Below the pieces are notes generated by a model, which worked only from the letters and a program-made list of their open reading frames with translations, was not told where the DNA came from and did no database searches. 64,000 nucleotides of DNA from Diadema antillarum (Eukaryota), in NCBI RefSeq assembly GCF_040938485.1, contig NW_027271395.1, forward strand, positions 124,001 through 188,000. The letters are read 5' to 3'. The position numbers and the translations under genes are program-made. Shown piece after piece: positions 17,440-29,931 of this stretch; the first letter of the stretch is position 1, and each line of letters starts with the position of its first letter.

Positions 17440-20400
17440 TACGACTGACCTGGGTTTGGGACCATCTTGGTCTGAGGGAAAGGGGCTGCAGGAGAATAAG
17501 TGTGAATCTGATTTTGGCTATGGGAGATCTTGCTTTTAGAATGGCTGATGGCCCTCAAAATTTGTGCAGGCAGAATATATCACAAGATGTGGCAATTGCA
17601 TAAATACAATGTATATAATCTATATTTACTTGTATACGAGTTCTGTTCCATGTACAATGTATCTACAATTACAAACACAATCACATCATTTCTCAAGAGT
17701 GTTATTTTTATACTGATTCGATGATTAAATGCTGCCACTCTAAAACAACAGCTGCAGGAGTATCTGAACAGCATGCATCACACTGATGTTAATGCATATA
17801 TGACATTAAGTACAGTGTGGGGACTTGAGATCTGATTACAATATTAGAAATGACTGATGTAACCTGTTTTCTCGGTCCAAGTAGAACTTCTCGAATACAT
17901 GTACACGTACTCCACTTTTGAGTGGCTGCTTTAAACAGAACAAAACAAAACAAAATTGCTACAATATGCAAAAACTTCACTCTTCCATGGACCTCTCTGT
18001 ACAGCGGAATTTTGTCATACCGAGGCCTGATATAACGATTGCTGATACTGTATCACATGGTACTTATGCGATCCCTTGCCTTTTACCTAGTGATACATTG
18101 CACAAGGATGATGACATGGGGGCTTACGTACTGTATTCCAGTAACGTCGCAATGTAATTCATTACAATACCACTTGCACGAACAAGTTCACGTTCACCTA
18201 TGAATGATTTATGCATACATTGTACGTTCTTCTGTTGTTCTGCTTCCTTGAGCACCAAAACAGGCATTCTTATGTGTATGTAAAGCTGCGATATTGTCAT
18301 CCCCATTCATTATGATTTATAATGAATTTTGAAAACATTTTCATTCCTCATTCCAATCTTTATAAATCCTAAAACTTTGTAGGCCTACCCATTATACCCA
18401 ATTTCTAGACGTTAAAATGCAAAAGTCTCAAATTCATCAAGAGGTTTCCTCTAAAATCCCATAAAGTTCTAATCTCAGATTCTAGTTTTATGAAATCTCT
18501 TCCATTCTGTGTTTGTCTGATTTTACTCAGTTACATCTTTCTATGTGCCATGTTTGCACGCCAAACTCGGTTGCGAAGTTCACACATTTCGCTCAAACTC
18601 GCCCAAACTGATCTATAAATTGCCAAATGCCACAGTATGTATAATGAAGCTTCACTCGCAAACCTATTCATCTAACATACTTGTATATCTTGCACTGTGT
18701 GGTGATTGAATATCAAGCGGTGTTCCCTATTGGATTTTTGAGTGATTTCTAAGTTTCTCTTCCTGTTTTGTGAGCACAGGTCATGCCAAGACAATAATGT
18801 ACATGTAGCTACTGGTCATTTGACAGAAAAAAAAAAATCACAGATTTGTCATAAGATTTACATTAAAGCAATGCTTGGCATTTTTTCTATAACATTGCTC
18901 TTTGCATGCCCAGCAAACAAACATCTACAAGAAGTTACATAGAGATTAAAAAGAGAATGTTTTCCCAAAGAACATCTGCATTGCAGACTCAGAACAATGT
19001 GGCACACAGGGAGTTTACACTTGTTCTTCTCTCCAGTGGGATGTCCTACACAGTTGGTCCAGATGACTACCTGATGTCTGATGACTAGCAGTTGACTGCT
19101 TGTTCAGTGTGCCCCATGCCACTACATTCTGAGTACCCCACTGGCTAGTTGATGCCCCATTCTCACCTCTCATCTACACCAAAAAATTACCCCAGAAGGC
19201 ATACCACATCATACACCAGCATGGCATCAAATCCACCCAGTTTATCTTTCTAACCTATACACTGGAGGGCAGCGCAATTAAAGCAAGTTCACAGTTAGCG
19301 CTAGTCTAAAATGACCTCTCCAACAACACACTTTACAAAACATGAATCGTCTTCAAGAAGACCAGTCGAAAATAGCCATGCAGGAAGTGGTTATTTACAT
19401 GTCAGTGCTGCATGAATGGCTTTTGTTAATTTTGCTGAAAAGAATGCATATTCACATGTAATACCAATCTGCACCTGGTTCATTTACAACACATTTGTCA
19501 TGAAGCCCTATCTAGGTTTTGAATATCTCAGTTTCAAATCCATTTCAAGAGAAGGTCTGCAATGACCTTCATCTGCACATGCTCAGATTGGAACTATGAA
19601 CTGGCTTATTGTCTATGTGGACCAACAGACACAGATCATGGAGTAAATGTCCAATAAGTGTGTTATTACCACAGGTTTAATACGTGTTTGCACACAATTT
19701 CGATGACATTCTGAAATTGCCCTCTTCAGAAGATCAAAAGAGGTTGCACTGCCTACCATCATAGTGATGAGGCCTCCTGCGTGCCCCTCCACGGTGTAAC
19801 AACATGAAACAAGTTTTTTCTTTTTCACTACATTGCTCAAAATAAACCTCATTTTTACTTCAAGAAACTATCTTCATAATTATCATTCATCATTTTCACA
19901 CCCTATGGCACTATTCATCTTCTGTGACATCAGTATAACTTTGCCCAAGAGCTGTTTTATAATGGTGTACTGCATTGAGTGTTCAATAGTCCCACTCTGT
20001 GTTTCTATGGTCAATCCAATCCTCATTCCGCCCATTTTTTTTTTAATTACCATGATGGACAAAAAGTGCAAACTTACTAATATATTTGTTATAATATGAT
20101 GGGGTAAAAAGAGACAATATTTTGACACTTCCTTATGAGTTATAAACATGAGGACGAGAAATCAATATAATTGTGCAAGTCAGAATAGGTATGCATCAAT
20201 TTCACAATCATTTCATATCTGCACATAATACTTTAGGTAATACATGTATGATGTACTGTAAAAGAGGAAACTCTCATCGTGTGAATTATTGTTGCTTGTC
20301 ATATGTCCCACCAAGTGATCTCTTGATTCCGCAGGATTAAAAACATGGAAAATTCATCTTACTCGACAGAGCGCGAAAAATATCACTTTTACGGTAGTAC

Positions 20401-20586
20401 AAATATAGAAACATTGACCACACCATCCCCACTGCCACACCGCAATGCCACGTTTGAAAGTGAACTATTTGCAAGACATGCAGGATAACAGCATGCGGCA
20501 TTCTGCAGGGTAACTGGCGGAGAAGTCACAGGAAATAATCAAGTGACACTCCATCTGTCCATCTCTGAGGCTCTGCACAATAAATA

Positions 20587-21106
20587 CAGTGCACTCCCAT
20601 TACAACGAACACGGTTATAACGAAATTTCATTATAACGAAGTAAATCTTCTGGTCCCAAAATTATCACCATTAAAGTCTATGGTACAAATTCGCTTATAA
20701 CGAACACGGTTATAGCGAAATTTCCGTTATTGTATAACTAAGTCTTTTCTGAGTGCCACAGACAAAGAAAAACAAAAGAAATGTGCTCTGTTATAACGAA
20801 ATGCAAATTGCTTTCGAAAATACGTAGCGGAACAAGCATTTATAACGTCTCTGCATGGGTGTACGCTCCTTGTGTCACGCACAGTTTCTGAGGGGAACTT
20901 GTTATTGTGATACTGTCACAGTTATCCCATCACATTTCACATAGCTTTCCAGTGTATGATGAGAATTCAGCAAACATAATATGATATATAGACATCTATA
21001 CGTGGTTCCTTGTTTTCGTTTTGTTTTTGTTCGGTTATAACGAAATTTCGTTATAATGAAAGAAAACTGCTGGTCCCGAGCATTTCATTATAACGGGAGT
21101 GCACTG
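20587..21106. mobile_element. Tc1/pogo-type MITE, copy 1
   Basis: TA TSDs; TIR CAGTGCACTCCC(A/G)TTA(C/T)AA; many internal TTATAACGAA motifs; second copy inverted at 55778-56284. Confidence 0.92.
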
Positions 21107-21611
21107 TACAGTGAAGAGTGCTGATACAGAGACACCGTCTATCCTACAAGTTGCAGGCGAACACATATCTATCGTAGGCTGATCAAAACAAAGATGAACA
21201 AATCTAAAAACCTTCCGCAAAGGCAGTACATGAGTTCCAACAAGCGGCACTAACTGATACGCAGGAGAAGACGTAAGATGCTCTCTCTGTCATTCTGTCC
21301 ACACTCAATGCCGCATCCGCTTTGGATGATGTACAGCCTGCAGCAACATGATCTTTTGGGTCCATGCTGTACATTGTAATGTTTTTTCTTCCTTTTTTTT
21401 TCTTCCAATTCTCTTTTTACATTGAAGCATTCTATGCTAATGAGCTCACTTTGTGATTCCAGGTGCAGGCAGTTATTAAAGATACATGCATTCCGGTGCA
21501 GAATTCTGCCATTTTGTAAGAATCCACACTGCAGTGACTCAAATCTCCCTTTTTTGGGAGTTCCTGCATATGTCAACAGTTTGGTACATATATATGTGGT
21601 CGCTTAACTTG

Positions 21612-24600
21612 CTATGTGAAATAATATGGTTTCTTCACATTTATTCCGTGATCTGTCAGCGCTGGATTAAGATCCTCCATTGTCAGTGTGTAGCGTTTGT
21701 CCTGGGCATGAAGGAAAGAACACAAAGAACAAAGAACAAAGAAAAATCAAATCAAAAAACAAAAAAATACTAGTACATCAACAAAATAAAATCTGAAAAA
21801 AAAAAAATACTGCCGGTTGTAACAGATGCTTCAAGAACCACTTTCCACTCCGATAATTATTCTCACTTTTATGTAGTCAATAATCTATGACAGTTTTCAA
21901 TGCACTTTAAAATCATTTCACTTGAAAGTTGAACACCATGTACATTTTGAGAGCCTTTACTGCACTCAATTTCTAAACTTGTTATTTGCTAGGCTACTGT
22001 TTCTATGAATTAATACCAAAACAAAAAGGAGAGCAAATATCAACTGACCTTGACAGATTTTTTTGAACTTTGACCTGAGCCCCTCATCTTGCAGTGCTGG
22101 AGGGCATCGTTGGCAATATCTGAGATGAATTTTTGAGCTGCTAGAGATATCAAACGCACACTGCAGAGAAGGGAAGAAAACAAATTAAAACAAAATAAGT
22201 ATAATATAACAAATAGCTACTTGAAAGACATATGACTAATTGGTCAAACATAACAGGTATGATAAGAAGTATTGACTCCCAAAAGCTTCACAAATGTCAC
22301 TACAGTGGGATCATTCCTACTAGAAAACACAAGAATTAGTGCTAAGGGTATAATCTCCCACTCTGCTAGATCAACATATTCATAGATCTTTCCTCTAACT
22401 TCAAGGTGTACACTGTGGTAATGCAGTAAACCATTCTGCCCTTGCCCAGCACACATCCATAACTTCCAGTCTTTGGAACTCACTAGCAGCATGTATTAAC
22501 CATCTGGAGGCTTTTATACACTGTACTCTTGACTTGTGCTTCATATCCTATAAGCTCCTACAGGCAGTACCAGATATTATATGAAAAGAGCCTCAAAGAT
22601 TTTATGCTGTGCAATCTAATCTTCAGATCTGGCAGGAAAAGAAGAATCAATAGATACTTCGCAAAGCGTGCACAAATGTTTTCATGCCTGCAATTGACAT
22701 ATCCCAGCAAAAATCCTTGATGTTAAAAATCTTGTTAACATTCCACTGTAAGTGTGGCTGATCCTTTGGTCAGAATCCATGTTTGACTTGCTATGACATG
22801 TACCTTGTACAGTAGAATCATTTGGTATACTTTTTTGGGGGTTAATTCTGACTTTCACATGTAAGATTCATTTTCATTAGTTGACAGCAGTCAGTGACTG
22901 TGTAGTCTTATGTACCTAGACACTGCCAATGATTGACAAGATTGTCCACTCAACACTTACACTCTTGGATCAGAAGCCTCAAACCCTGCCCTGTTCAAGT
23001 AGTAGCCAGTAACTGCATCTGGTATCTGTTGAGTGAAAAAAAACCAAAACAAAACAAAGAGAGGAAAGGAATACTTAACCAGGATTTTGCACAAAGAGAA
23101 TACACACCACAATTAGAAAAGAAGCTTCATCATGTATTTACATGAGATAAATATTGAAGTGCCAATGACCAGTTACAAAGGGAAGAATGATCCGACCCAC
23201 ATCATATTATTGATGATTGCAAACATTATCATTCAATATCTTCAATACACAAGAAGCACTTTGTGAGTCATGGGTGGAAAATGGACTTGACATAAAGTCT
23301 AGGGTGACTGAGCACAGTCTCTGATGCAGAGTAGCCCAATTCAGGTTAAACTGCTTGTGCAAACCTGTCAGAAATATGGAACTCAACTGTATACCATTCA
23401 GCATTACAAACACAATATTTCTTATATTTCTTAGGTTTCTTTGGCATTATCGTCATTTTCTCATATCATGATCAGATCCTTTTAATAGACTTTAGACACA
23501 GTTGAGAGATTCTCATCATCTGCAATATACATATCAGTATCTCCATCCCCCCCCCTTAAAAAAAAAAGATAAATAGGCAACTACTGGAAGTAGAGTTTGA
23601 GTATGCACTTTTCAATCAAGTCCTCCAAATTCTTATAGACTTGTATGCATTTATTCCATACCATAACAACCATAACATATTGTTTGTAAGACTTACTTTA
23701 CTGTCACTCACTCTGCCGTTTATCTTGTTTGTCAAGAATCTACTCTCCTTTTTAAGTTTTGCAATTATTTATCTAGACCTTGCATTAATTTGCATTAATT
23801 TCCTTTTCAGCGTTGCCTTGCAGTTTGGCATAAATTAAAAAGATACATTGTCAGTAAATGGTATTTAGTTTTCACCCCCATCCCCATCACCACTGCTCAT
23901 GATACCTTCCATCTTGTTCAGTTTTGTCACTTTCACCCTTTCTCTATTCAGGTGTGTTCACTCATTCTGCCTCACACGAGTCAAACCTGATCCTTTCGTT
24001 AAACCCAGACATCTCCCAATTTTTTATTTTTTTTTTTTTGTGATCATCCCCACCTACTAATCATGTTATGCCCTCCTTCACCTATTCGTTGACTGAATAA
24101 GATTGCTCAAAAAAAAAAATAATAAAATAAATAAATGAGTCCTCTATTCCTTCCATTTTTATTGGTTCATATCTGAATATGAAAATATTGTTTAATGTAT
24201 TAGTAAAAAGAGGTTCAATTGGAAGTTCTGCTGAGTGTAAGTAGCATCAGATTAAAATCAGAGCCCTACCACTACCAGAACTCGTACTCATCCTGATCAG
24301 TTCATCTCTATTTGTGTCTTCTCCAAGCTCTCTCTAGACTATAAACAAGTTACAAGTACATAAGCCTATAAAATTGTTAGGAAGCAGTCTATATTCTTAG
24401 TTCTACATTAAGTTTTCTCCCTTCGTCAAATCGACTTCAGTTAGCATGGTTAGAACATTGATTTTATAAAAGTCTATGTTGATAATAAACAACATTAAAT
24501 ACATATCCAGTGTGAAAAAAAAAAATGTCATGAAGTATGGGAGGAGGGCCCGTGCAAGCAACGCTTTGCAAATTACCCTAACACTACTGCTAGACTATCT

Positions 24601-26666
24601 ACAACTTGTAGTGACGTACTCGTAGTGTATGCTACCTTCTCATTAACTATACACAGCCCAGTCGCTGTAGGTAGTGACAGCGTACTACTGTAACAGCGTC
24701 TGGTCAGGCTACCTTTTCATTAACTGCGACAGCCGCCACACGCAGTGTGGCGGCTGCGCCGTGCTCCTATTCAAGATCTTCATGTTGAACAAACGGGTGC
24801 CTTTGCGGCGCTATATTTCCTTAATTTTTCAACAGAAACTACTAGGAATACTTACATGGGTCGATGAAACCTAAATGACTATCATCGGCGACTGTTTGAT
24901 GCATTTCATTGCTTGTGATGCACAAAATGATGTCTTATAAGCAGCTCACCGATGTTCACAGAATTCACAATCACTTGGACAAGCGCACAGAATACTTGAA
25001 CTGTATTGCTAGCCTTTTGTCAAGGCCCTCTCGCTGTAACGGAAGAGCGAACAGACGAGCGAAGCTAGTCCATCCGAGCGCACAGCGGTACCCCACTCGG
25101 CTGGCTCTCCACACCATACAGCGAGAGGGCCTTGACAAAAGGCTACGTATCACTTGCTACAGACGTAAATATTCATAAATGAATGATACACGCCAAAAAA
25201 ATAAAAATAAAATAACAACAACATGCTGCTGGCATTTTTTTTCCGTACCCTTAATACGCCGAAGAAATGTGTTCTAGTAATGCTGCTTGAATCGCTTACA
25301 AAAGAATAATAATAATGATAATAATGTCTTGATCATGCACACTGAGTCATGAATATTCATTTACAATGTTACTAGTATTATGTACATCGACGATGCGGCC
25401 GATAGGGGAAAAAAAAAAAAAAACAAGGAAAAACTGAAACCCCACCTCTTCCTCTATCTCACTGAAGATGGCATCCATGATGCTGTGATTCAAATCACAA
25501 TTCTATATGAACTAGACTGTTAGTAGTTGTAACTAAGCCAGCCGTGTAATTGTATACAAAATGATACAGTACCTGTACTGTACTACAGTATTGCAAACAT
25601 TGAAAATGAACTGTTTGATGCATATTCATTTCACCTTGTAATTATGCACTGAGTAATTATGCATTATTCATATCCTTGAGCTTCCCTACCGATGACGTCA
25701 TTATTTACGCATGCGTAGATGCGTGCAAATGGATACACGTTCAAAATGGCAGCAAGGCTCTCCTCACTGGGGCAGGTCGCTTACTCCTAAAAAATGTGGA
25801 AAATTTTGCAGTTTCCAGATGAATTGGTGAGAAGAACCAAGCCAATGAAGTAATCTATACTTCAATTTTGATTGTTACTGTGTTCATTATCAAAATTTAG
25901 TTATTGTTTATTTGTGAAGTCGCCGCATGTGGCAATAGGGGAGCTCACATAAGCGAAACTGCGGGGAAGCCGCCAGGACCGCGCCTGGCGGCGCAGTCTC
26001 CGGGGCTACCTTCTCATGATCTATGGACACAGACAGAGTTGTCAAGAAAAATAGATTGTCTTTCACATGTTCATCTGTAAGTGTAACTCACCGTGGGTGC
26101 ATATTCCTCCATCTGACCAAGCAGTTCTTCGAGGGCATCTCCAGCCAGCTTGACTGGAGCAGTAGCAAGAGCATCACTCTCAGCTTCTGCGGTGGATCCG
26201 TTCATCGTCTGAGCATTCTTGGCAATCTTGCCCACTTCAGACGACACACCTTCCATTGCTTCTGTATTTCACAAAACAGGAATACTTATGGAGTGTGAAA
26301 CAAATCATGGCGTATATTTACGGTGTATATATATATGGGCAAAGAAGGGTGAACTTGAGTAAAATAAGTGAAGTATCTAGCTAAAATCAGCTGTATTTTT
26401 CACAGAGGATCATTGATTACACGAACCTACATATTACAGGACGGGTGGGACCGTTACCACTGATAGACGCACTAGACAGTAGACACAAAGATAGAGGAGT
26501 AACAGTGCAAAGTACTAGTATATTGGTAGATTGTTCTAGCTAGATTTCCAAAAGTGTATCGACAGTCTTAACTGAACATATGTAGCACTGGATCTACTGG
26601 TATGCTAGTGTCAAAGGGATGGGTCTAATCAATATTTCGTTTTCACTCACCTTCCTTGACATTCAT
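21612..26666 (-). CDS. TAF10: TATA-box binding protein associated factor 10 (TFIID/SAGA subunit), 150 aa, 5 coding exons
   Basis: Exons 26666-26651, 26261-26092, 23025-22961, 22160-22049, 21701-21612 (16+170+65+112+90 nt), GT-AG, phases consistent. Histone-fold: [63 protein letters not shown]...-DKRYTLTMEDLNPALTDHGINVKKPYYFT*. The 16-nt first exon is less certain; ATG 26256 is an alternative start. Confidence 0.96.
23200..24400 (-). mobile_element. Highly decayed LINE (endonuclease/RT remnants) in a TAF10 intron
   Basis: Minus-strand scraps in plausible order: GSDFNLMLL (~24270), FLTNKINGRVS..LWYGI (~23770-23680), YIADD (~23510). Many stops and frameshifts. Confidence 0.3.
24721..26008 (+). 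mobile_element. Non-autonomous DNA transposon with 9-bp TSD and TAAC...GCTA ends (AcademH- or MULE-like), copy 1
   Basis: Flanks CCTTTTCAT (24712-24720) and CCTTCTCAT (26009-26017); homologous in inverted orientation to 39031-39750 over both arms; GC-rich subterminal hairpins. Confidence 0.85.
25010..25145. mobile_element. 136-bp MITE (TAG...CTA, probably hAT) nested in the 24721-26008 element
   Basis: Perfect 29-bp TIR TAGCCTTTTGTCAAGGCCCTCTCGCTGTA; degenerate 8-bp flanks TGTATTGC / CGTATCAC. Confidence 0.85.
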
Positions 26667-27479
26667 CTTCGTTCTTGAATTCAATACGAGCGATCATCAA
26701 ACATGAAATGCTAATGATGCCCTCTTGCGCCCATATCAGTCTAACGTCCTCCATAGAGGACTGCTTTGTACCAAAATGTTTTACTGGTGTACTACTAGTA
26801 TAATACAAAAGAGTCCTCTTTGAAGGTGGAAATCTACCCTGATTAAGATGAAATAAACTTAAACAGAAAAGAAGAATATTCCCTACCAAACCTTACAAAA
26901 ATGACAAAAATCGGACAAGAAAAAGGAAGATATGACATTTTGAAATGTCACATTTTTTTTTTCAGAAAACATTTTTTCTTGACCAGTCCTTATGACATAC
27001 TCTCAAAATGTCTTTTTCATTTCATAGTTTTTACAGCAATGAAAAAAATATCAAATTTCAGTTGCATGATTATAAAACCTATCTTAAAAATTACCCCCCC
27101 CCCCCCAAAAAAAAAAAAAAAAAAATGTTAACTCAGATACAGTGTATATCTCGGTATACTAGGAACATGCTTTTACTTGCATTAGCTAAAAATAATAATT
27201 TCGCCGAATTTCTTATAGAACATACACACACACACACACACACACAAATATTGTGAGGGTCCGACACCATCAACTCGCTCATTAAAATATTCAGAAGGAC
27301 TGGTCAAATAATGTTCTAAAAAAGGGCGGAGATCAATGTCGTATATCTTTCTTATTTCTTTTCTGATTTTTGTCATTATTTTTGCATCATTCTGTAAGGA
27401 ATATCTTTCTCTTTCGTTTGAAGTTTATTAGTGTTTGAGGTGGATTTCATTTTTAACATTGTGTAACTGTTTTTACGGA

Positions 27480-28380
27480 AAACCAGAACCCAAATACAAG
27501 TATAAATTGAATAATGTGACTTGAGTGAAAGCAGCAATCATTAGAAGAACACAATATCAGTGAAAGTTTGAGGAAAATTGGACAATCGATTAAAAAATGC
27601 TTTTTTTCCCTTTTTTTTTTTAAGTTTCGGCACCGGCGTCACTGGATAAGAAGACTTCATAGTACAGTATGTCCCAGAAAAAAATTACAACGGCACCCTC
27701 CGCACCAATAAGTTTAAAAATAGATAATCAATCCAAATATACTTTCAGGGTGTGAAACTTATTACCCACGTTTTACAGAAAACCCCATTCGATTTGCTTC
27801 AGCGGTCGAAAAGAAATTACAGGATTTTTGTAGAGCATGTCAGGAATCGGTTCCCTCCAAGTTCTGTCCATTGTGTTCACACATGAATATGCAGTTCCAA
27901 GAGCATGGAAGTGCTAAACTGGGAAGAATCAGACTCACGGACCTGCTTTAATTGTAACAATCCACATTTCACCACTGTGAACACTTAACAAAACTAAATG
28001 GAGTTTTCTGCAAAACAACGCTAAAATGTTTTATTTCAAGACCCTGAAACAGCATGCAGACAGTTTAATCATATAAGAAGTTATCAATGCAAAAATCCGG
28101 TTGTATTTTTTTGACAGTACTGTATACTGTTCATGTCTTGTTTTGTTCATGTAATGATAATATTATTGGCAAAATGTTCATCCACGAACTACACGCCAAT
28201 AGGCCTAAATCGAAACGGCAACTGCACTCGTTATTATGTGGACAATAATGTAAAGAAAATATACAGAGAATTCCACAAAAATTTAATGTTTCATTTCATC
28301 GAATTGTTACTGACATAAATTGGGGTAATGGCATTCCCCTGCTTCTCGAAAGAGGAAAGTCAAGTGCTCTTTCATTAGGC
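27480..28380. mobile_element. Kolobok-like repeat fragment interrupted by a Tc1-like MITE (27665-28122)
   Basis: Pieces ~27480-27662 and ~28240-28380 match the reverse complement of ~40430-40790; the insert has TA flanks and TIR-like ends CAGTATGTCCCAGAAAAAAATTACAAC / CAGTACTGTCAAAAAAATACAAC. Confidence 0.65.
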
Positions 28381-29262
28381 TATACATTATTATCATAATG
28401 ATAACCAGACGATCAGTGTCACTGAGAACGGACCTTAGTTGAAGCGGTTAATAAGGAAGTCAAATCTTCACCTTTTTTTTTTCCACGGAACACTGATAAT
28501 CGGACTGACTACATTATGCAAATTAGGTTGAGGACTTTGATGTTGTTATGGTCTTGCACGACATACCCCTCAATCTCTAATACACAAGTCTTCGAATATT
28601 TCCATTTTCAACATGAAATGTAAGGAAAAACTGACGTATCAGTTTTGCGTTGCGTTGCACAAACCTATCATATTATGATGGCATCTTCTTTCTTCATTTT
28701 CTTTTTTTTTTTTGAGGGGCCAGGTCACATTTTGGCCTTTATAATAATTTGCATTATTTTCAGCAAGTCAGTTCATCAACTCACGAGTGCATAATGTGCA
28801 ATTTGATGGTGAAGGTGAATTTGGCGAACGTCCAGGTCTACAAAACCTGTTGGATAAGTCAGCATAAGCATTTGCTTTAATAAACAAACATATCGATAAT
28901 CTATCGCTGTGATTATGAGGCTTAAACAATGAAACAGGTAATCATATATCAATTATAATGATAAGTTGTGATAACTTGTTATTGTTAGAATAATTATATT
29001 TTATTCGAACAATAAGGCTTGCGAGCTTGCGAGTGCAAAGTTCTTTCCTTTCTATCTATGATCATATTCTAATATTAATGTTTGTTCTTCGCTATCGGTT
29101 GCGTTAATCTTTGACCACCTCTTACTGTTTGCAACGTAAGCAAACAGATTCGAGATGGGCACTGCATGTAGATAAAAACAATTCCGCAATCATCGATAAC
29201 GAGCCTCTGAAATAAGTTGTAGGCCTGTTCCGCAGAAGTCGACAGAGCAGAAAGCAGCAACA

Positions 29263-29931
29263 ATGAATTCGTTCTATGTTGTATCGACGGTGATCGTCTT
29301 GTGTCTGGTTTCCGACGTTTACGGAGCCCCTCATGAGCGACGACAGGCCGAATCTGCGTCAATTCCAGCAGCGGTAGCCGGAAAAGTGTCGCAGCAGAAC
29401 ATGATGGGCGACGCTCGCGAAATCACGCCTGCTGAAGAGGACTACTACACAGTCCTAGGTGGACAACATGTGCAACAGATTGATTTGGATGACGACGTCG
29501 ACATGCACGAGCCGGTGTATCAACCAAAGGTTGTCCCGCCGCAGAAAAATTCACAGATGACCCGGGATGAGGAAAAAATCGATGTCGGCATATCATTGGC
29601 AGACATGGCGAGGCTGGCCGAAGTGTATTATGGGGAAGCTGACGTTGTTGACGTCGACAACATCGAGATAGGAGTCGACTTTCTGAGGAGCATGGAGCTC
29701 GACGACAGCCTGATGCATCCCGGAGGGGCACGGCGACCCCTGTACGGACTGAAGGCGCCTTCGACCCGTCGTCGGCAGGAGATGAGTAGAGATCAGATGC
29801 ACCCGTGTTTGAGCTGCGGACAGCGAAGTGTCTCCGTTCCCGCCAAACCTTCGGCAGACGAGGTCAACCAGGAACTCGACCCGGCTCTGCTGAGGAAGTA
29901 CGATGACGATGACGCCTTCATCCATGCGTAA
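29263..29931 (+). CDS. Orphan secreted acidic protein / candidate peptide precursor, 222 aa, single coding exon
   Basis: Longest clean ORF in the region, GC-rich against AT-rich flanks, AACA-ATG context, hydrophobic N-terminus MNSFYVVSTVIVLCLVSDVYG-AP resembling a signal peptide, Asp/Glu-rich body, basic sites RR, RR, RRR and RK. No family recognised. Confidence 0.8.
   Translation: MNSFYVVSTVIVLCLVSDVYGAPHERRQAESASIPAAVAGKVSQQNMMGDAREITPAEEDYYTVLGGQHVQQIDLDDDVDMHEPVYQPKVVPPQKNSQMTRDEEKIDVGISLADMARLAEVYYGEADVVDVDNIEIGVDFLRSMELDDSLMHPGGARRPLYGLKAPSTRRRQEMSRDQMHPCLSCGQRSVSVPAKPSADEVNQELDPALLRKYDDDDAFIHA

Noticed and set aside
18990-19087. Terminal exon GMSYTVGPDDYLMSDD* after a CAG acceptor
   Set aside because: No compatible upstream exons or start could be assembled between GABARAP and TAF10.
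21250-21340. Extra exon LYIIQSGCGIECGQNDRESILRLLLRIS* after a CAG acceptor
   Set aside because: Lies just downstream of the complete TAF10 stop, is out of phase with TAF10 exon 4, and resembles no known protein.
24631-26017. CRISPR array
   Set aside because: Only three short repeats, inserts of very different length with transposon termini, eukaryotic intron, no cas genes; kept as a transposon array.
29423-29925. Minus-strand ORFs of 102 and 110 aa
   Set aside because: Shadow frames of the GC-rich secreted-protein exon.
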